Positions 12,806-26,800 of a DNA stretch of 64,000 bases are shown here, in pieces (position 1 is the first letter of the stretch; every line of letters begins with the position of its first letter). The notes beneath the pieces are model-generated. The model searched no databases and was not told where the DNA came from. It saw nothing but the letters and a program-made list of their open reading frames with translations. Both the position numbers and the translations under genes were made by a program. This DNA comes from Octopus sinensis (Eukaryota): assembly GCF_006345805.1 (NCBI RefSeq), contig NC_043020.1, forward strand, positions 6,696,001 to 6,760,000, given 5' to 3'.

Positions 12806-13281
12806 TTTTATTTTTATTATACACAATGTGTGGAAAATCAAGACTATGTGAATTTAGTTTGGTATGGTCAGTAAAAACGAAAGATGTGTAGTTTCATAAA
12901 AACGAAGATTTACGTTCAGGTAAATCGCCGTCCTTCATTTTAGCATGAAATCATCGTTTTGTTTGCAACGTGTGTGTTTGTATGTGTGTGAACCTTTGGT
13001 TATTGAGCATTTGTGCGTGTGTATATTTGTCTATAGAGTGTTTGTGTGTGTATAGTGTGTATATAAAGTATGTTTTTGTGTGTGTTTTAAGAATGTTTTA
13101 TGTGTGTGTGTGTGAGAGAGACTCGTCTGCGTGTGTGCATGTCGTCAATAGATATCCAACGGACGAACACAGTTACTGTTCAAGGGAGATAACTTTAAAA
13201 AAACCAAAACCCTTCGTAGACAAAATGACAATTCGACTCCACTGAAATTATTGATGGAGTTTGTCGGCGAAATAAATACAC

Positions 13282-13439
13282 CAGTGGTTCCCAAACTTTT
13301 TAGAGTCAGTTTATGACGATCCCCTTAACTCTACCGAGTAAAAACAATAGACAGCAGTTAATCAAAGCTAATGCGTAATTTTATAACTTTTTGCGACCCA
13401 CTAAGATTCCGTTCGCGACTCATAGTTTGGGAACCACTG
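13282..13439. mobile_element. hAT (Charlie/Buster-like) MITE
   Basis: Perfect 16-bp TIR cagtggttcccaaact; 8-bp TSD aaatacac/aaatacat. Confidence 0.9.
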
Positions 13440-13749
13440 AAATACATAGTAATTAAAATCAGGCTGCTAAAATTAAGTTCTGATCACTAAAACTCATCTT
13501 AAACATTTCTACACGAACTATTTGATGGTGCTGAAGAAGGAGAAGCTAATATATTTATGACGAAAACGTCGGGAGAATTTTTAACATACTTACCTCGTTG
13601 TAAAAATCTGTTCCAACTTCTTAGAGATGGTGCAGGTGGAAAAGAAAAGAACCAACCCATTGACTGCCAAATTTCTTTATTCATATTCTTTGGCTTTGCC
13701 TGATGCCTCAGGGGTTAAAATAATATGTAGTATTTAAATTTTCGTCATA

Positions 13750-13911
13750 GGCGCAGGAGTGGCTGTGTGGTAAGTAGCTTGCTAACCAACCACATGGTTC
13801 TGGGTTCATTCCCACTGCGTGACACCTTGGGCAAGTGTCTTCTACTATAGCCCCGGGCCGACCAAAGCCTTGTGAGTGGATTTGGTAGACGGAAACTGAA
13901 AGAAACTCGTC

Positions 13912-14000
<89 letters not shown>

Positions 14001-14207
14001 ATTGTATGTTTGTGTTTGTCCCCTCAACATCGCTTGACAATCGATGGTGGTGTGTTTACATTCCCGTAACTTAGAAGTTCGGCAAAACTGACCGATAGAA
14101 TAAGTACTAGGCTTACAAAGAATAAATCCTGGGGTCAGTTTGCTCGACTAAAAGGCGGTGCTCCAGCATGGCCACAATCAAATGACTGAAACAAGTAAGA
14201 GTAAAAA
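13750..14207 (+). mobile_element. SINE family B, full length
   Basis: Head, internal (TA)n(TG)n and tail as in other copies. Confidence 0.9.
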
Positions 14208-14429
14208 AGTGTATGTGAATTATTTTGGGAATTATGATAAATATTTCAAAAAGCCTCAAAGGGGGATCGCTGGAAAAAAGCATATTTATCCTTTTCTATT
14301 CAATTGCAATAATAAACGTTTCAGTTTTTTTTAAAACTATAGTATCAAATGTGAATGTGTATGAAATATCAATGAATGATATAAATGGGAAATGCAATAA
14401 AAAAAAGAAAAAGAAAAAACGTTTTCATA

Positions 14430-14900
14430 ATGATAATAATAATAATAATAATGAAATTATTGTATACAGTGCTCAGGTGCACCACAACTTGTCAAAAGTG
14501 CGTATAAAGCATATGCAGTAATGTACAAATGTCTGGAAAGTGAACAGTGTATGAGTCAGATACATGCTTGCGTGTGTATGGAGGAGAGAATATCAGGTGT
14601 AGTGTTGGCGAATCTCAGGAAGCATGGAAGTTTTGAAGGACGCAGTGCTCTGACAACTAACAACTGATGATGGCAGTTTGTTCCATGCTTCAGCAACTCT
14701 CAGTGTGAAAAAATGTTTCCTAAAGTCATGGGAGATGTGCTGTTTTCTGACTTTGTAAACATGTCCACGGGTGTTAGACAGGTGGAGTTTGAAAAGGTGC
14801 TCAGAGTTATTGTTGGTACGATGGTTGATAATTTTATGGGTGTCTGCCAAGTCAGCTGCCAGACGTCGGAGTTTCAATGTGTCCATGCCCAGGGAAGTCA
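14430..14900 (-). mobile_element. CR1-clade LINE 3' end
   Basis: LKLRRLAADL..TRGH..FFTLRVAEAWNKLP; (ATT)n tail; identical terminus at 7605-7650 (+). Confidence 0.9.
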
Positions 14901-15379
14901 GTAATAGTCAATAATAGTCAATATTTTTGTGGTTCAAAAATTGCAATTTATGACATAAAATGTCCCCTAGAATTAGCCAGAGCTAATAATGACAGACTTG
15001 AACTACTAAATATTGTTAAACACACCTCTGCAATTGCAGTGTTCGTTAACAATTCATTTTTAAATACAATGAACAACCAGCAGTGAGACTGTTTTTAGCA
15101 GGTCCCCAAATGGGGCTCATGGTAGGCAATGGGTTAAAGGTTCTGTATCTGTTCAAGGTGTTTATTGATATGGTAGCTTAATTTTACCATAAATAATAGT
15201 ATCGGTCTTAGTTGGCACAAGTCCCGAAATATTTTAGAGGAGGTGGCTAATCAATTATATCAATCCCAGTGTTCAACTGGTCCTTATTTCATTGACCCCC
15301 GAAAGGATGAAAGGCAAAGCCAACCTTAGCGGAATTTGAACTCAGAATGTAATTCTAGTATCAATTGACACTAAGCCTA

Positions 15380-15412
<33 letters not shown>

Positions 15413-15519
15413 GGTGGTGGTGATGGTGATGGTGATGGTGATGGTAGTGGTGGTGGTGGTGGTGATGGTGATGATGCTGATGATGATGACGACGGTGATG
15501 GTGGTGGTGGTAGTGATGG

Positions 15520-15562
<43 letters not shown>

Positions 15563-15778
15563 CCTTTCTACTGAAGGCACAAGGCCTGGAATTTTGGGGG
15601 AGGGGACTAGTCGGTTACATCAAACCCCAGTGTGTCACTGGCACTTAATTTATCAACCCTGAAAGGGTGAATAGTAAAGTCGACCTTGGCAGAATTTGAA
15701 CTCAGAACGTAAGGACGGACGAAATGTCACGAAGCATATTGCCCAGCGTGCTAAAGATTCAGCCAGCTCGCTACCTTA
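15563..15778 (-). mobile_element. SINE family A (GCCTTGTGCC-type tail)
   Basis: Reverse complement of the ggcgagctggc..gagttcaaattc family; more copies near 15215, 18313, 19735, 29964, 30173, 39022, 44815, 46953 and 61480-62285. Confidence 0.85.
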
Positions 15779-15813
<35 letters not shown>

Positions 15814-15814
15814 A

Positions 15815-17475
15815 GTGATTTCATTTATCTTCCACAAGGGTGAAAGGTGAGGGGGTCAATACAAAGAAAAGGAAGGGACATATAGCATATGTTTAAAAAA
15901 ATTTTGTGGGGTTGGTAGAGATATGTCCCTCGTGATACAGGATGACCTCTAATGATAATCAAGGAACCCCAATGTCTGAGATTTCCATGAAACCCCAAGA
16001 GCTAGTACCCTCTCCAATTCCTTCACTCTGGCTCACAGGTCTACACTTAGAGAGGCACCATCCACTCTTGCCATTTTCGCAACTTTCACTCACCTTTCAA
16101 TAAACTCACTCGAGGACAGCTATACCTTCTCCACTCTCAGTTTCCTTTCCAAGTGAAACTTAAAGAAGTCAATGAGAGCTCTACCAAAGAGGAATGTGTC
16201 TGTCCTCATGTCTTCCAGCTTTGTCCACCAAACAACCCTTTTGTCACAGCCACCAGGCAAAGCAAAACTGCCATTGCCTGTCCGATTGAAGGAGGGCGGT
16301 GGGGTAATCATCATTACAGACATGGCCAACAGACAGTGCCCCACATGTGACAGCAGCTGTTCGACATAACCCCAGAAGTCAGCAATGCCTGGCCTCGAAA
16401 TTTTTTTCCCACGGAAGTTCTGGACCCCAGTTATGAACTCATTTGCATACAGCCAATCAGAGCTCAACTATCAAACTAGTGTCCACCTAGTCACGAAAAT
16501 ACTCTGGTTGAGTTCAGAGGGAAACGTGCGTCATAGCAAAGTCTGTTCTAAACGGGTTCACAGGGGAGACAAATGTGGAATTTAGTGCATAAAGGGAATG
16601 GAGAGCTGCTCACAGATGAAGCCATAAGTGTTGCCAATTTGCATAATTTACTAGAAAATGTTAACGAATGTAGTTTCCTAATTTTGTACATTGCTAATTT
16701 TAAATGTTGGCGTTGATCTGGAAACATTGTAATCAATATGGTGTTGTGTTGTATTGCGCCCTCCTTGCATATATCAATGGGTACATGCACTATCACTAAT
16801 ACCAATCTGAGCATAGGTACCTCATGTTAGCTCCATATAGAGATGGTGCTCAATTGATCTATGAGGATGGTGGAGGAGGGGGGAAAGTGGTGCTTATGTG
16901 AGACTTACTATGCTGTATTCACAGAGTGACATACACCATTCTATGCCTAACTGGTCATACTGTAGCAGTACACAGTATGTGGCTCATCAAGATGAGCTCT
17001 GATTGGCTGTATGCAAATGAGGTCATTACTGGGTTCCCGAAATCTTGTGGGAAAAAAAATTTCACTGCCCAGTCACTGAACGAGTGCATGCAGAATGGAT
17101 AAGTCTGCCTGACATCACATATGTGCTTGTAGCAGTTATCTCAAACCGATAGCACCTGCCCCCTTCCAGTAGCACTGCAAGGTCAAGGACATCTGGAAAT
17201 TATCCATGGTAGCTCCCGACTGGAAAGTTCTCTGGGACAGGCGAGGCAGTTCGTTTTTGTCAGCACCCAGAGTCTCCCCATGAGCGTCGTCGCACCTCCC
17301 TGCCAGATGGTGAGTGTGTGTGGGCTCCGTTTGTGAGGTTCGACTTTCCGTAGCTCGTCTCCTTGATGGAGCTGCAGTCCTGGATGAAAAAAAGACCAGG
17401 ACTGGGTGCCTGACACCTAGAATGTTGTTAGGCAGCTCACAGCCCTCGACCAGGCGGGCATTGGGATCGGTGGAT
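15815..17475 (-). mobile_element. Decayed L1-Tx1 LINE 3' fragment split by a TIR element
   Basis: MDNFQMSLTLQCY, ILHALVQ and IADFWGYVEQLLS..RKLRVEK align with the 42807-43433 ORF; 3' UTR similar to 46345-46590. Confidence 0.8.
16389..17072. mobile_element. Unclassified non-autonomous TIR element (~70-80-bp imperfect TIRs)
   Basis: 16397-16469 is the reverse complement of 16990-17063; the host LINE frame resumes on each side. Confidence 0.8.
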
Positions 17476-17492
17476 GTTCTGCTATAGAAATA

Positions 17493-17524
<32 letters not shown>

Positions 17525-17699
17525 GATAGTGATGGTAATGGTGATGATGATGATGATGACGACGACAACGACGATGATGATGACAACGACGAGAATGATG
17601 ATGATGATGACAACGACGACGATGATGATGACGACGACGATGATGATGATGATGTTGTTGATAATGATAATAATAATGATAATAAGAGAAAATGTAACT

Positions 17700-18270
17700 A
17701 AAATTTAGGACTTCCCAGTATGTACAGATCGGACCATCTAGGCAAATAGACCAGATATTGTTATGAAAGACAAAAGCAATAAAGTCTGTTTATTGATTGA
17801 GATGAGCATATTTTGTGACCATAATATCTCGGCAAAAGCTTAGTAAATATAAATATTTGCTAACTGAATTTGGAAAGATGTGGCATCTCAAGACGGTTAT
17901 AACATCAGTGATTGTAGGAGCACTTGGAATGATCATAAAAGGAGCCGAAAATTATTTGGGGATGATCCCTGGCTTACCACCAATGCAGGAAGTGCAAAAT
18001 ATTGTCTTAACTGGTAACTGGTCACACATATTGAGAAGAGCATTGTCATTGTGACTTTTCTTTCCTTTTTTCCCCTTTATTTTATTTGTTTACTTTTTAT
18101 TTTTCATTTTTTCCTTTTTCTGTCTATCTTCCCCTTTTTCTCTGTCACATGACTTTGTAAATGAATAATCTGGTGTGTTTATTTAAATGGCCTACCAATG
18201 GATACAATACGTTTCTTTGCCCTAGGTGTCAGGAAGACACTCGGCAAGAAATGGAAACAACTGAAAGAAG
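17700..18270 (+). mobile_element. R4/Dong-like (RLE) LINE 3' end
   Basis: NRPDIV..KLSKYKYL..MWHLK..VIVGALG restriction-like endonuclease remnant; related pieces at 18630-18760 and 19190-19545. Confidence 0.8.
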
Positions 18271-18769
18271 ATGCTAATGAAAACGATGATGATGATGATA
18301 ATATTAATATACTATAGGCACAAGGCTCAAAATTTGGGAGGAGGGTGCCAGTCAATTAGATTGACCCCAGTATGCAACTGGTACTTAATTTATCGACCCC
18401 CGAAAGGAAGAAAGGCTAAGTTAACCTCGGCGGAATTTGAATTCAGAATGTAAAGACAGACGAAATACTGCTAAGCATTTCGCCCGGCATGCTAACAATT
18501 CTGCCAACTCTCTGCCTTAATATTAGTAGTAATTATGATAGTGATGATGATAATGATGATGGTAATTACTTTTATTAGCCACAGGGGCACAGATGTGGGG
18601 GACACCACAAGGACAGAAGGATGGAGAGAAAGAAAATAGTACCACTTGGCACTGTACACATCCTACGTAAAACACTTTCAAAACAGTAAAAATAAGAGCA
18701 TCACAACAAACCACAGCACATACCCAAGACACACCGGGCGTGCTCGGTAGTGAAGTGATAAAATAAGAC

Positions 18770-18834
18770 TAATGAATAATGATATGATGATAATAATAAA
18801 ATGATAATAATAATAATATATAATAATAATAATA

Positions 18835-18872
<38 letters not shown>

Positions 18873-18891
18873 TAATAATAATAATAATAAT

Positions 18892-18951
<60 letters not shown>

Positions 18952-19014
18952 TAATAATAATATAATATAATAATATAAAATAATAATATATATAATAATA
19001 ATAATAATAATATA

Positions 19015-19084
<70 letters not shown>

Positions 19085-19146
19085 TAATAATAATAATAAT
19101 ATAATAATAATAATAATATAATAATAATAATAATATAATAATAATA

Positions 19147-19181
<35 letters not shown>

Positions 19182-19190
19182 TAATAATAC
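18770..19190. repeat. (TAA)n microsatellite
   Basis: Direct reading. Confidence 0.95.
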
Positions 19191-20507
19191 AGTAAATATA
19201 AAGACTTGCTAATAGAAATTGAAAAAATGTGGTATCTCAAGGTGACTACATTAACAGTGATTGTAGGATCTCTAGGAATGATAAAAAAAAGTTACTGAAA
19301 TCTATTTCAAAATGATACCAGGTGAAGTGCAAAAAATTGTATTAACTGGAACGGCTCATGTACTGAGAAGAGCATTATTGCTGTGAAAACAACATTCATT
19401 CTTGAATTTATTTATTTACTAATTTTTTAAAATACATATTTTATCTGTGAATTTGCATGTGTAATCTGGGAATGCATACAATGAGCTTCTCTGCTCGAGG
19501 TGTAGGGAAAACACTCAGTGAGAATTGGAAGAAAATTTGAAGAAAGAAGGAAAAACAAGAAGAAGAAGAAGAAGAAGAAGAAGAAGAAGAAGAAGAAGAA
19601 GAAGAAGAACAACAACAACAACAATAACAACAACAACAATACATTATTTACATTATTTATATATAGAACTGTAATATTTACATATAGAACTGTAATAAAA
19701 AAAAAAAAATAATAATCGTAATAACTATAATTTCTCCTATTGGTACAAGGCCTGGAATTTGGGGGAGGGGGAATAGTTGATTACATCGACCCCAGTACTC
19801 AACTGGTACTTAATTTATTAATCCCGAAAGGATGAAAGCAAAGTCGACCTCGGCGGAATTTGAACTCAGAACGTAACGGCAGACGAAATACCGCCAAGCA
19901 TTTCGCCTGGCGTGCTAACGATTCCGCCTTAATAACAACAACGACGACAATTTCAAATTTTTGCCCAAGGCCAGCAAATTTAGGGAAAGGGCTAAATCGT
20001 TTACATCGACCCGTAAACATTTGCCAAACCTCATTACAGTCACACCAACAGAAATGAATTCGGCTCCTGGTCGCCTATGTTATTATTGTTCCGTCCGATT
20101 GACAACATTCCCCTCCACTCGCGTTAACCTCCCAATCTCTCAAACACACAGAAGAGGTCGAGAACTGTTAGTCTAAGAGAGACAACTTTGTAATCATACT
20201 TTCATTAATAATTTACTTTCACTTTGAGTTATTTCCCTTGATAATCTATTACTATTTCGTTTTAACTAGGAATTGGCAAATCTCTACCGTTCATGGAATC
20301 GTTAATATCTCATCGAACCCCTTCATCTAAATCTGAAAATGAAATAAAAAAGCATGAGAAGTTCTTGATTTTATAAAATTAATTCGTTCTTTTGTATCAT
20401 TTCTGCGTTTTAATTAGAAATATTTAAAGAAATTTAATGAAAATATTTAACGAAAATTGATAAAGGACAATAAAAATTTAGTGACATTATATTAGCATAA
20501 TCTGAAG

Positions 20508-20985
20508 CCACATGGTTCAGTGGTTAGAGTGTCGGGGTTCACAATCATGAGGTAGTGAGTTCGATTCCTGGACCGGGGTGTGTGTTGTGCTCTTGAGCAA
20601 GACACTTTATTTTCACATTGCTCCAGTTCACTCAGCTGTAGAAATGACTTGCGACATCACAGGTGCCAAGCTGTATCGGCCCCTTTGCATTTTCCTCGGA
20701 TAACATTCGTGGCATGGAGAGAGGAGTCTGCATGGACGACTGTGGGAGGGGGAATAGTTGATTACTGAACTTCCTAAATGCGGCCCCATGGTTATTCATG
20801 ACCAAAGGGGTTCTTTACCCTTTATCCTATATATATATATAATGGCGTGGAGTAGGGAGTCTGGTATGCATGGGTGACTTGCTAGTCTTCCATTAAGGGT
20901 CTTGCCCTCATTCGTGCTTCAGAGGGGAACTTCCTAAGTGCAACCCCATGGTCGTTCATGACTGAAGGGGGTCTTTACTCCTTAA
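20508..20985 (+). mobile_element. SINE family C plus a duplicated tail segment
   Basis: Head tggttcagtggttagag..gagttcgattcc; tail repeated at ~20845-20985. Confidence 0.8.
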
Positions 20986-21847
20986 CCTAGTCTGAATATT
21001 TAATGTGAAATATGTGTTTTGGTGACTATTTAGTTAATATTGCATCAATATTTGGGTGGAAATTAGTGAGTTTTAGCCTTGAGTTACTCAGCCTCTCCCA
21101 AGATGCAGCACCCTTAATGCTTAAAGTTGTTTCCGGTATTTATCAACCTCTTGGGTAGCCACACAGACTACCACCATCATCAGCATCACCGCTGTCACCA
21201 GCATCACCCCAACCCCGCCTCCTCCTCCTCCTCCTCCTCCTCCTCCTCCTCCTCATCATCATCATCATCACTACCACCACCAAACACTTCCACAGTTCAT
21301 CATTATCAATACCACGACGACGGCGACGACGACGACGACCACCACCACCACGACCACCACCGTTCACAGCGAGTTACAAGAACGGTACAAAAGACCAGAT
21401 CCAAGGGCAGCTGCAGCAGCGGCAATAGGGTAGGGGCCAGGGCCGAGGGGAAGGTTATAGTGCCACTAAGAACAATGGCACACATACACACATCCATACA
21501 CACACACACGCAAACATGGATGCATGCGCATATAAGGATACACGTAATAGAAGAACAGAATGGAATAAGCAGAGCAGGAGCACACATGAAGACGGAAAGT
21601 GTCGCTGAGGAGGTCACAGATGAGTGGCAAGTCATTTCCGGACAATGGATATGAGTTAGAATAAGAACGAGTGAAGAACGAATATGTAGTGGGTGTGTTT
21701 ATTTGGAAAAAAAAAAAAAAAAAAAGAAATGACCGTCCCGAAATACAACAATATATATGTACACATACGCACAATACATACATACATACATACATACACA
21801 CATACATACACATATATTCATGGACACACACACATATATGTATGTAT

Positions 21848-21878
<31 letters not shown>

Positions 21879-21903
21879 ATATATAAATATATATATATAT
21901 ATG

Positions 21904-21962
<59 letters not shown>

Positions 21963-22034
21963 ATAAATATATATATGTATATATATATACATACATATAC
22001 ATACATATATATACATATATATACATACATATAT

Positions 22035-22059
<25 letters not shown>

Positions 22060-22065
<6 letters not shown>

Positions 22066-22232
22066 TATATACATATATATATATATACATGTATATATAT
22101 ATGTACATACACACGCACAAATACGCACGCACACACACACACACACATATATATACATATATATATATATATACATGTATATATATATGTACATACACAC
22201 GCACAAATACGCACGCACACACACACACACAC

Positions 22233-22276
<44 letters not shown>

Positions 22277-22585
22277 ATATATATGTACATACACACGCAC
22301 AAATACGCACGCCACACACACACACACACATATATATACATATATATATATATACATGTACATACACACGCACAAATACGCACGCACACCACACACACAC
22401 ATATATATACTATATATATATAATATATATATATGTATATATATATATATGTACATACACACGCACAAATACGCACGCACACACACACACACACATATAT
22501 ATACATATATATATATATATACATGTATATATATATGTACATACACACGCACAAATACGCACGCACACACACACACACACACACC
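22060..22585. repeat. ~75-95-bp minisatellite of TA/CA blocks, ~6 units
   Basis: atgtacatacacacgcacaaatacgcacgc recurs six times. Confidence 0.9.
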
Positions 22586-22699
22586 ATATGTGTGATGCAA
22601 CAAGCCTAAAACATGGAGTATGGGGCAGATTTTTTGCAATGAAGAAGACAAATCATGTTTAACAGGAAAGAGTTGGCGTTTATTGACAGAATCAGTTTC

Positions 22700-22900
22700 G
22701 ACGATAGACAGACCAGACTTTGCTTTTGCTCTGACGAATTGTCCGGTCTTGTCCACTCTGGCAAGGCCTTTAGACGTGCTGATTCCCTCTTGTCCTTGGT
22801 GCATTGTTTCTCTTTTGAGTTTCTTGTTAGTCATAAGTTCTTTTATTCTAAAAGCCTCTTTCCTCGATCTGATCTTCATTGGAACTCGTTACTATCGTTT
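22700..22900 (+). mobile_element. Old CR1/L2-group LINE C-terminal remnant
   Basis: CSDELSGLV..HCFSF..KFFYSKSLFPRSDLHWNSL; related copy at 23650-23825 (KSFYGKSIVPRTPSLRNSLP..YDIQSFK). Confidence 0.6.
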
Positions 22901-23056
22901 ATCGAATTCAGAATCGAATTGTTCGTCTAGCAGCTTCCCTTCTTTCTATCAAGCTGGAGTCTTTGGTCCATCGTGGAGCAGTATCTTCGTTGTGCTTTTT
23001 CTAGAAGTATTCCTACAGTCGGACATTGCTCTAATGAATTGTCTGGTCTTATTACT

Positions 23057-23606
23057 TATTTCTTTACTACCCACAAGGGGCTAAACACAGAGGGGACAAA
23101 CAAGGACAGACAGACGGATTAAGTCGATTATATCGACCCCAGTGCGTAAGGCAAAGTCGATCTCGGCGGAATTTGAACTCTGAACGAAATTCCTATTTCT
23201 TTACTACCCACAAGGGGTTAAACACAGAGGGGACAAACAAGGACAGGCAGACGGATTAAGTCGATTATATCGACCCAAGTGCGTAACTGGTACTTAATTT
23301 ATCGATCCCGAAAGGATGAAAGGTAAAGTCGACCTCGGCGGAATTTAAACTCAGAACGTAGCGGCAGACCCAATACCTATTTCTTTACTACCAACAAGGG
23401 GCTAAACACAGAGGGGACAAACAAGGACAGACAAACGGATTAAGTCGATTATATCGACCCCAGTGCGTAACTGGTACTTATTTAATCGACCCCGAAAGGA
23501 TGAAAGGCAAAGTTGACCTCAACGGAATTTGAACTCAGAACGTAACGGCAGACGAAATACGGCTACGCATTTCGCCCGGCGTGCTAACATTTCTGCCAGC
23601 TCGCCG
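23057..23606 (-). mobile_element. SINE family A head-to-tail trimer (Tx1-type tail)
   Basis: Three copies of the tttctttactacccacaaggggctaaacacagaggggac tail, one head. Confidence 0.9.
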
Positions 23607-23981
23607 TCTCCTCTAATTACTCTCTATCAAAACCATTAAACGTGTCGCCTGCTTCTCTTCCCAGACACATTTGCTTCTCTGTTGACCTTCCTGTTAATCG
23701 TAAGTCCTTTTATGGTAAAAGCATCGTTCCTCGAACTCCTTCTCTCCGGAATTCACTACCATCATCTTGTTTTCATCTCGTTTACGATATTCAGTCTTTT
23801 AAACTTTCTATCAACCGACATTCTTTGAAATTATTGGCCCTTTTCTCTCCCTTCTTTGTACTCTCTTATGCTACAGCGGGCTCAAACCTTGTTTAGGATA
23901 AAATCGTATAAAGAAAAATGACCTAATATGCTATCAAATACTCACAACGTTCCTATTACTTGTCTCAGAAGGTGAAAACCT

Positions 23982-24580
23982 GTATGTATGTATGTATGTA
24001 TGTATGTATGTATGTATGTATGTATGTATGTATGTATGTATGTATGTATGTATGTATGTATGTGTGTGTATGTATGTATGTATGTATGTATGTGTGTATG
24101 TATGTATGTATGTATGTATGCATGCATGTATGTGTGTGTATGTATGTATGTATGTATGTATGTTTGTATGTATGTATGTATGTATGTATGTATGTATGTA
24201 TGTGTGTATGTATGTATGTATGTATGTGTGTATGTATGTATGTATGTATGTATGCATGTATGTATGTATGTGTGTATGTATGTATGTGTGTATGTATGTA
24301 TGTGTGTATGTATGTATGCATGAATGTATGCATGTATGTATGTATGTATGTATGCATGCATGTATGTATGTATGTATGTATGTATGCATGGATGTATGTA
24401 TGTATGTATATATGTATGCATGTATGTATGTATGTATGCATGAATGTATGCATGTATGTATGTATGTATGCATGCATGTATGTATGTATGTATGTATGTA
24501 TGCATGGATCTATGTATGTATGTATATATGTATGTATGTATGTACGTATGTGAATGCATGCATGTATGTATGTATGTATG

Positions 24581-24613
<33 letters not shown>

Positions 24614-24835
24614 GTGTGTGTGTCTGTGTGTATGTATGCATGTATGTATGTGTGTGTGTGTCTGTGTGTATGTATGTGTGTGTGTATGTGTGTGTGTATG
24701 TATGTATGTGTGTATGTATGTGTGTGTGTGTATGTATGTATGTGTGTGTGTGTATGTATGTATGTATGTATATATATATACATACATATATATATGCACA
24801 TATACACACACATATATACATATGTATGTATATAG
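23982..24835. repeat. (TATG)n microsatellite
   Basis: Direct reading. Confidence 0.95.
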
Positions 24836-25309
24836 CTATGCAATTATGAGTGCAGGGCGTCACAAATGTAAACAACACGAAATGTGAAAATAAAGTTGGA
24901 TACGCAAAAAACGAGAGAAACAAATGGAAAACAAAACAAGTAATATAAAAGTCGACCCTTCATCAGTTGTCGTCTGTCTTTCTATTCTTTATTTTGAGCA
25001 ATGAACGACAAGATAAGACTTTGAAGGCAGTTGCTCCCGCGAACCAAAATAAAATTTGGGATTTGCGGAGGTCAAAGTTGGTAACAAAAACAGGACATAC
25101 AACGGACCAAACGAAACGAATACAAATAGGGGGGGGAGGTCGTTTGGCTCAGACGAGGTAGGGTAGCGAATGCTGGAAGAAGATTCTTTGATAAGAGAAA
25201 AGATAGGAGAGGAGACAGATAGGAATGCGTCTGGATTGCATAACAGACTGAAGGAAAAGAAAGATGATCACGCGAGAAAAGGAAAGATGGACGATGGTCT
25301 CGTGTGAGC

Positions 25310-25340
<31 letters not shown>

Positions 25341-25766
25341 AAACAGGGAAGGGGAGATAAAATAATTATATAAAGAAGAAAACGGAGAAGAGATTCGATT
25401 GACAAACATCAGTAAGATTATAAGAATAAATAAATACAACTCTACAGCTGTTTCTACTATGGGTGGCCCAGTATGCTAAATTTATACCCAAATTATGCTT
25501 AATTTATACCCAAATTATTTCTTTATTGATATAATTACGTAATGATTCCCCAACTCTGTTTAACCTAACTAAATTATATTACTATTCTATTTTAGTTTCT
25601 AACTCATGACCCCTGTTATAAGGATCATCCCATTAACCCCACCCTATGACATTCAGCTTTATTATCTCCCCCATCAAATTGCAATAAGATGTGATCTTAC
25701 TTTTTTAACTTTTTAAACTTTTTTTTTTATTTTTCACCTTGTATCCTTACCATTATCGCCTTACTG

Positions 25767-25854
25767 ACTCTCTGATGAAGCTTTGAAGATCAATTTTTGT
25801 ATATGTCAACTTTAGCATATTGGACACCCAAAGCCGAGAAACAGCTGTAAGAGT
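25767..25854 (+). ncRNA. Type I hammerhead motif in a Penelope-like remnant
   Basis: actct-CTGATGA-a-gctttg...caaagc-cga-GAAA-cagctg-TA-agagt; inverted partial copy at ~25425-25457. Confidence 0.65.
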
Positions 25855-26126
25855 GGGATTGTATTTATTTATTCGTTCCTATGATTAGAGGAAATAAATC
25901 TTACTGATGTTTGTCAATTGAATCGCTTCTCCATTTTCTTCCTTGCCTTATATAAATTCTGGATAAACTTTTGTTTACCTCCACTTGTAACTATTATTCT
26001 ATTATACTATTGCCTTTCAATAGTAAGCACTTGGATATAAAAATACGTAAGTATACACCCAGTAGTATGTTGGGATATTTATTATCCCTTAGATGGTTGT
26101 CTAACCTCTAACTTCTATATACTCAG

Positions 26127-26180
<54 letters not shown>

Positions 26181-26214
26181 ATATATATATATAATATATA
26201 TTATATATATAGAT

Positions 26215-26260
<46 letters not shown>

Positions 26261-26270
26261 AATATATATA

Positions 26271-26302
<32 letters not shown>

Positions 26303-26311
<9 letters not shown>

Positions 26312-26432
26312 GTGAGGGAAGAAATGGAGCTGAACGAAGATTTTACAAAATTCCTTTTTATTATTTTCTACATAATAAAAGGAATTTTGTAAAATCTTCG
26401 TTCAGCTCCATTTCTTCCCTCACTAAATATAT
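26303..26432. repeat. Near-perfect hairpin, ~60-bp arms, ~7-nt loop
   Basis: atttagtgagggaagaaatggagctgaacgaagattttacaaaattcctttt and its reverse complement. Confidence 0.95.
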
Positions 26433-26800
26433 TAAACTTCAAATTTCCGCACTAAGACACGGTTTTGAGACCCCATGATTTTTCTGTTGTGATTTTTGCT
26501 ACCCAGGTATCGGTTATAATTTTAATAATCCGTAACAAGATAATTCATTTATCCATTTCAATATATATATATATATATATAAATAATTCCTTCAAAGGGG
26601 TGTGTGAAACATCCAATTCACTGATACGTCAGTTGAATGCCATATAAATATGGGTGTAATTCAAATTACAAAGATAAAATTAAATAGAGAGATACTATTG
26701 ACAATCCAGTAATTTATTTATATTATTATATAACATAATATACTATGAATATAAAATAGCATGATATAAGATAACATGTACAATTATTAAAACATTAAAA

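Noticed and set aside
21466-24849. Long ORFs of 200-370 aa
   Set aside because: They are translations of (TA)n, (CA)n and (TATG)n, open in several frames and on both strands.
24950-24975. Hammerhead 5' half (minus gacaaCTGATGAaggg), also near 27355 and 48297
   Set aside because: No downstream GAAA or helix I partner found.
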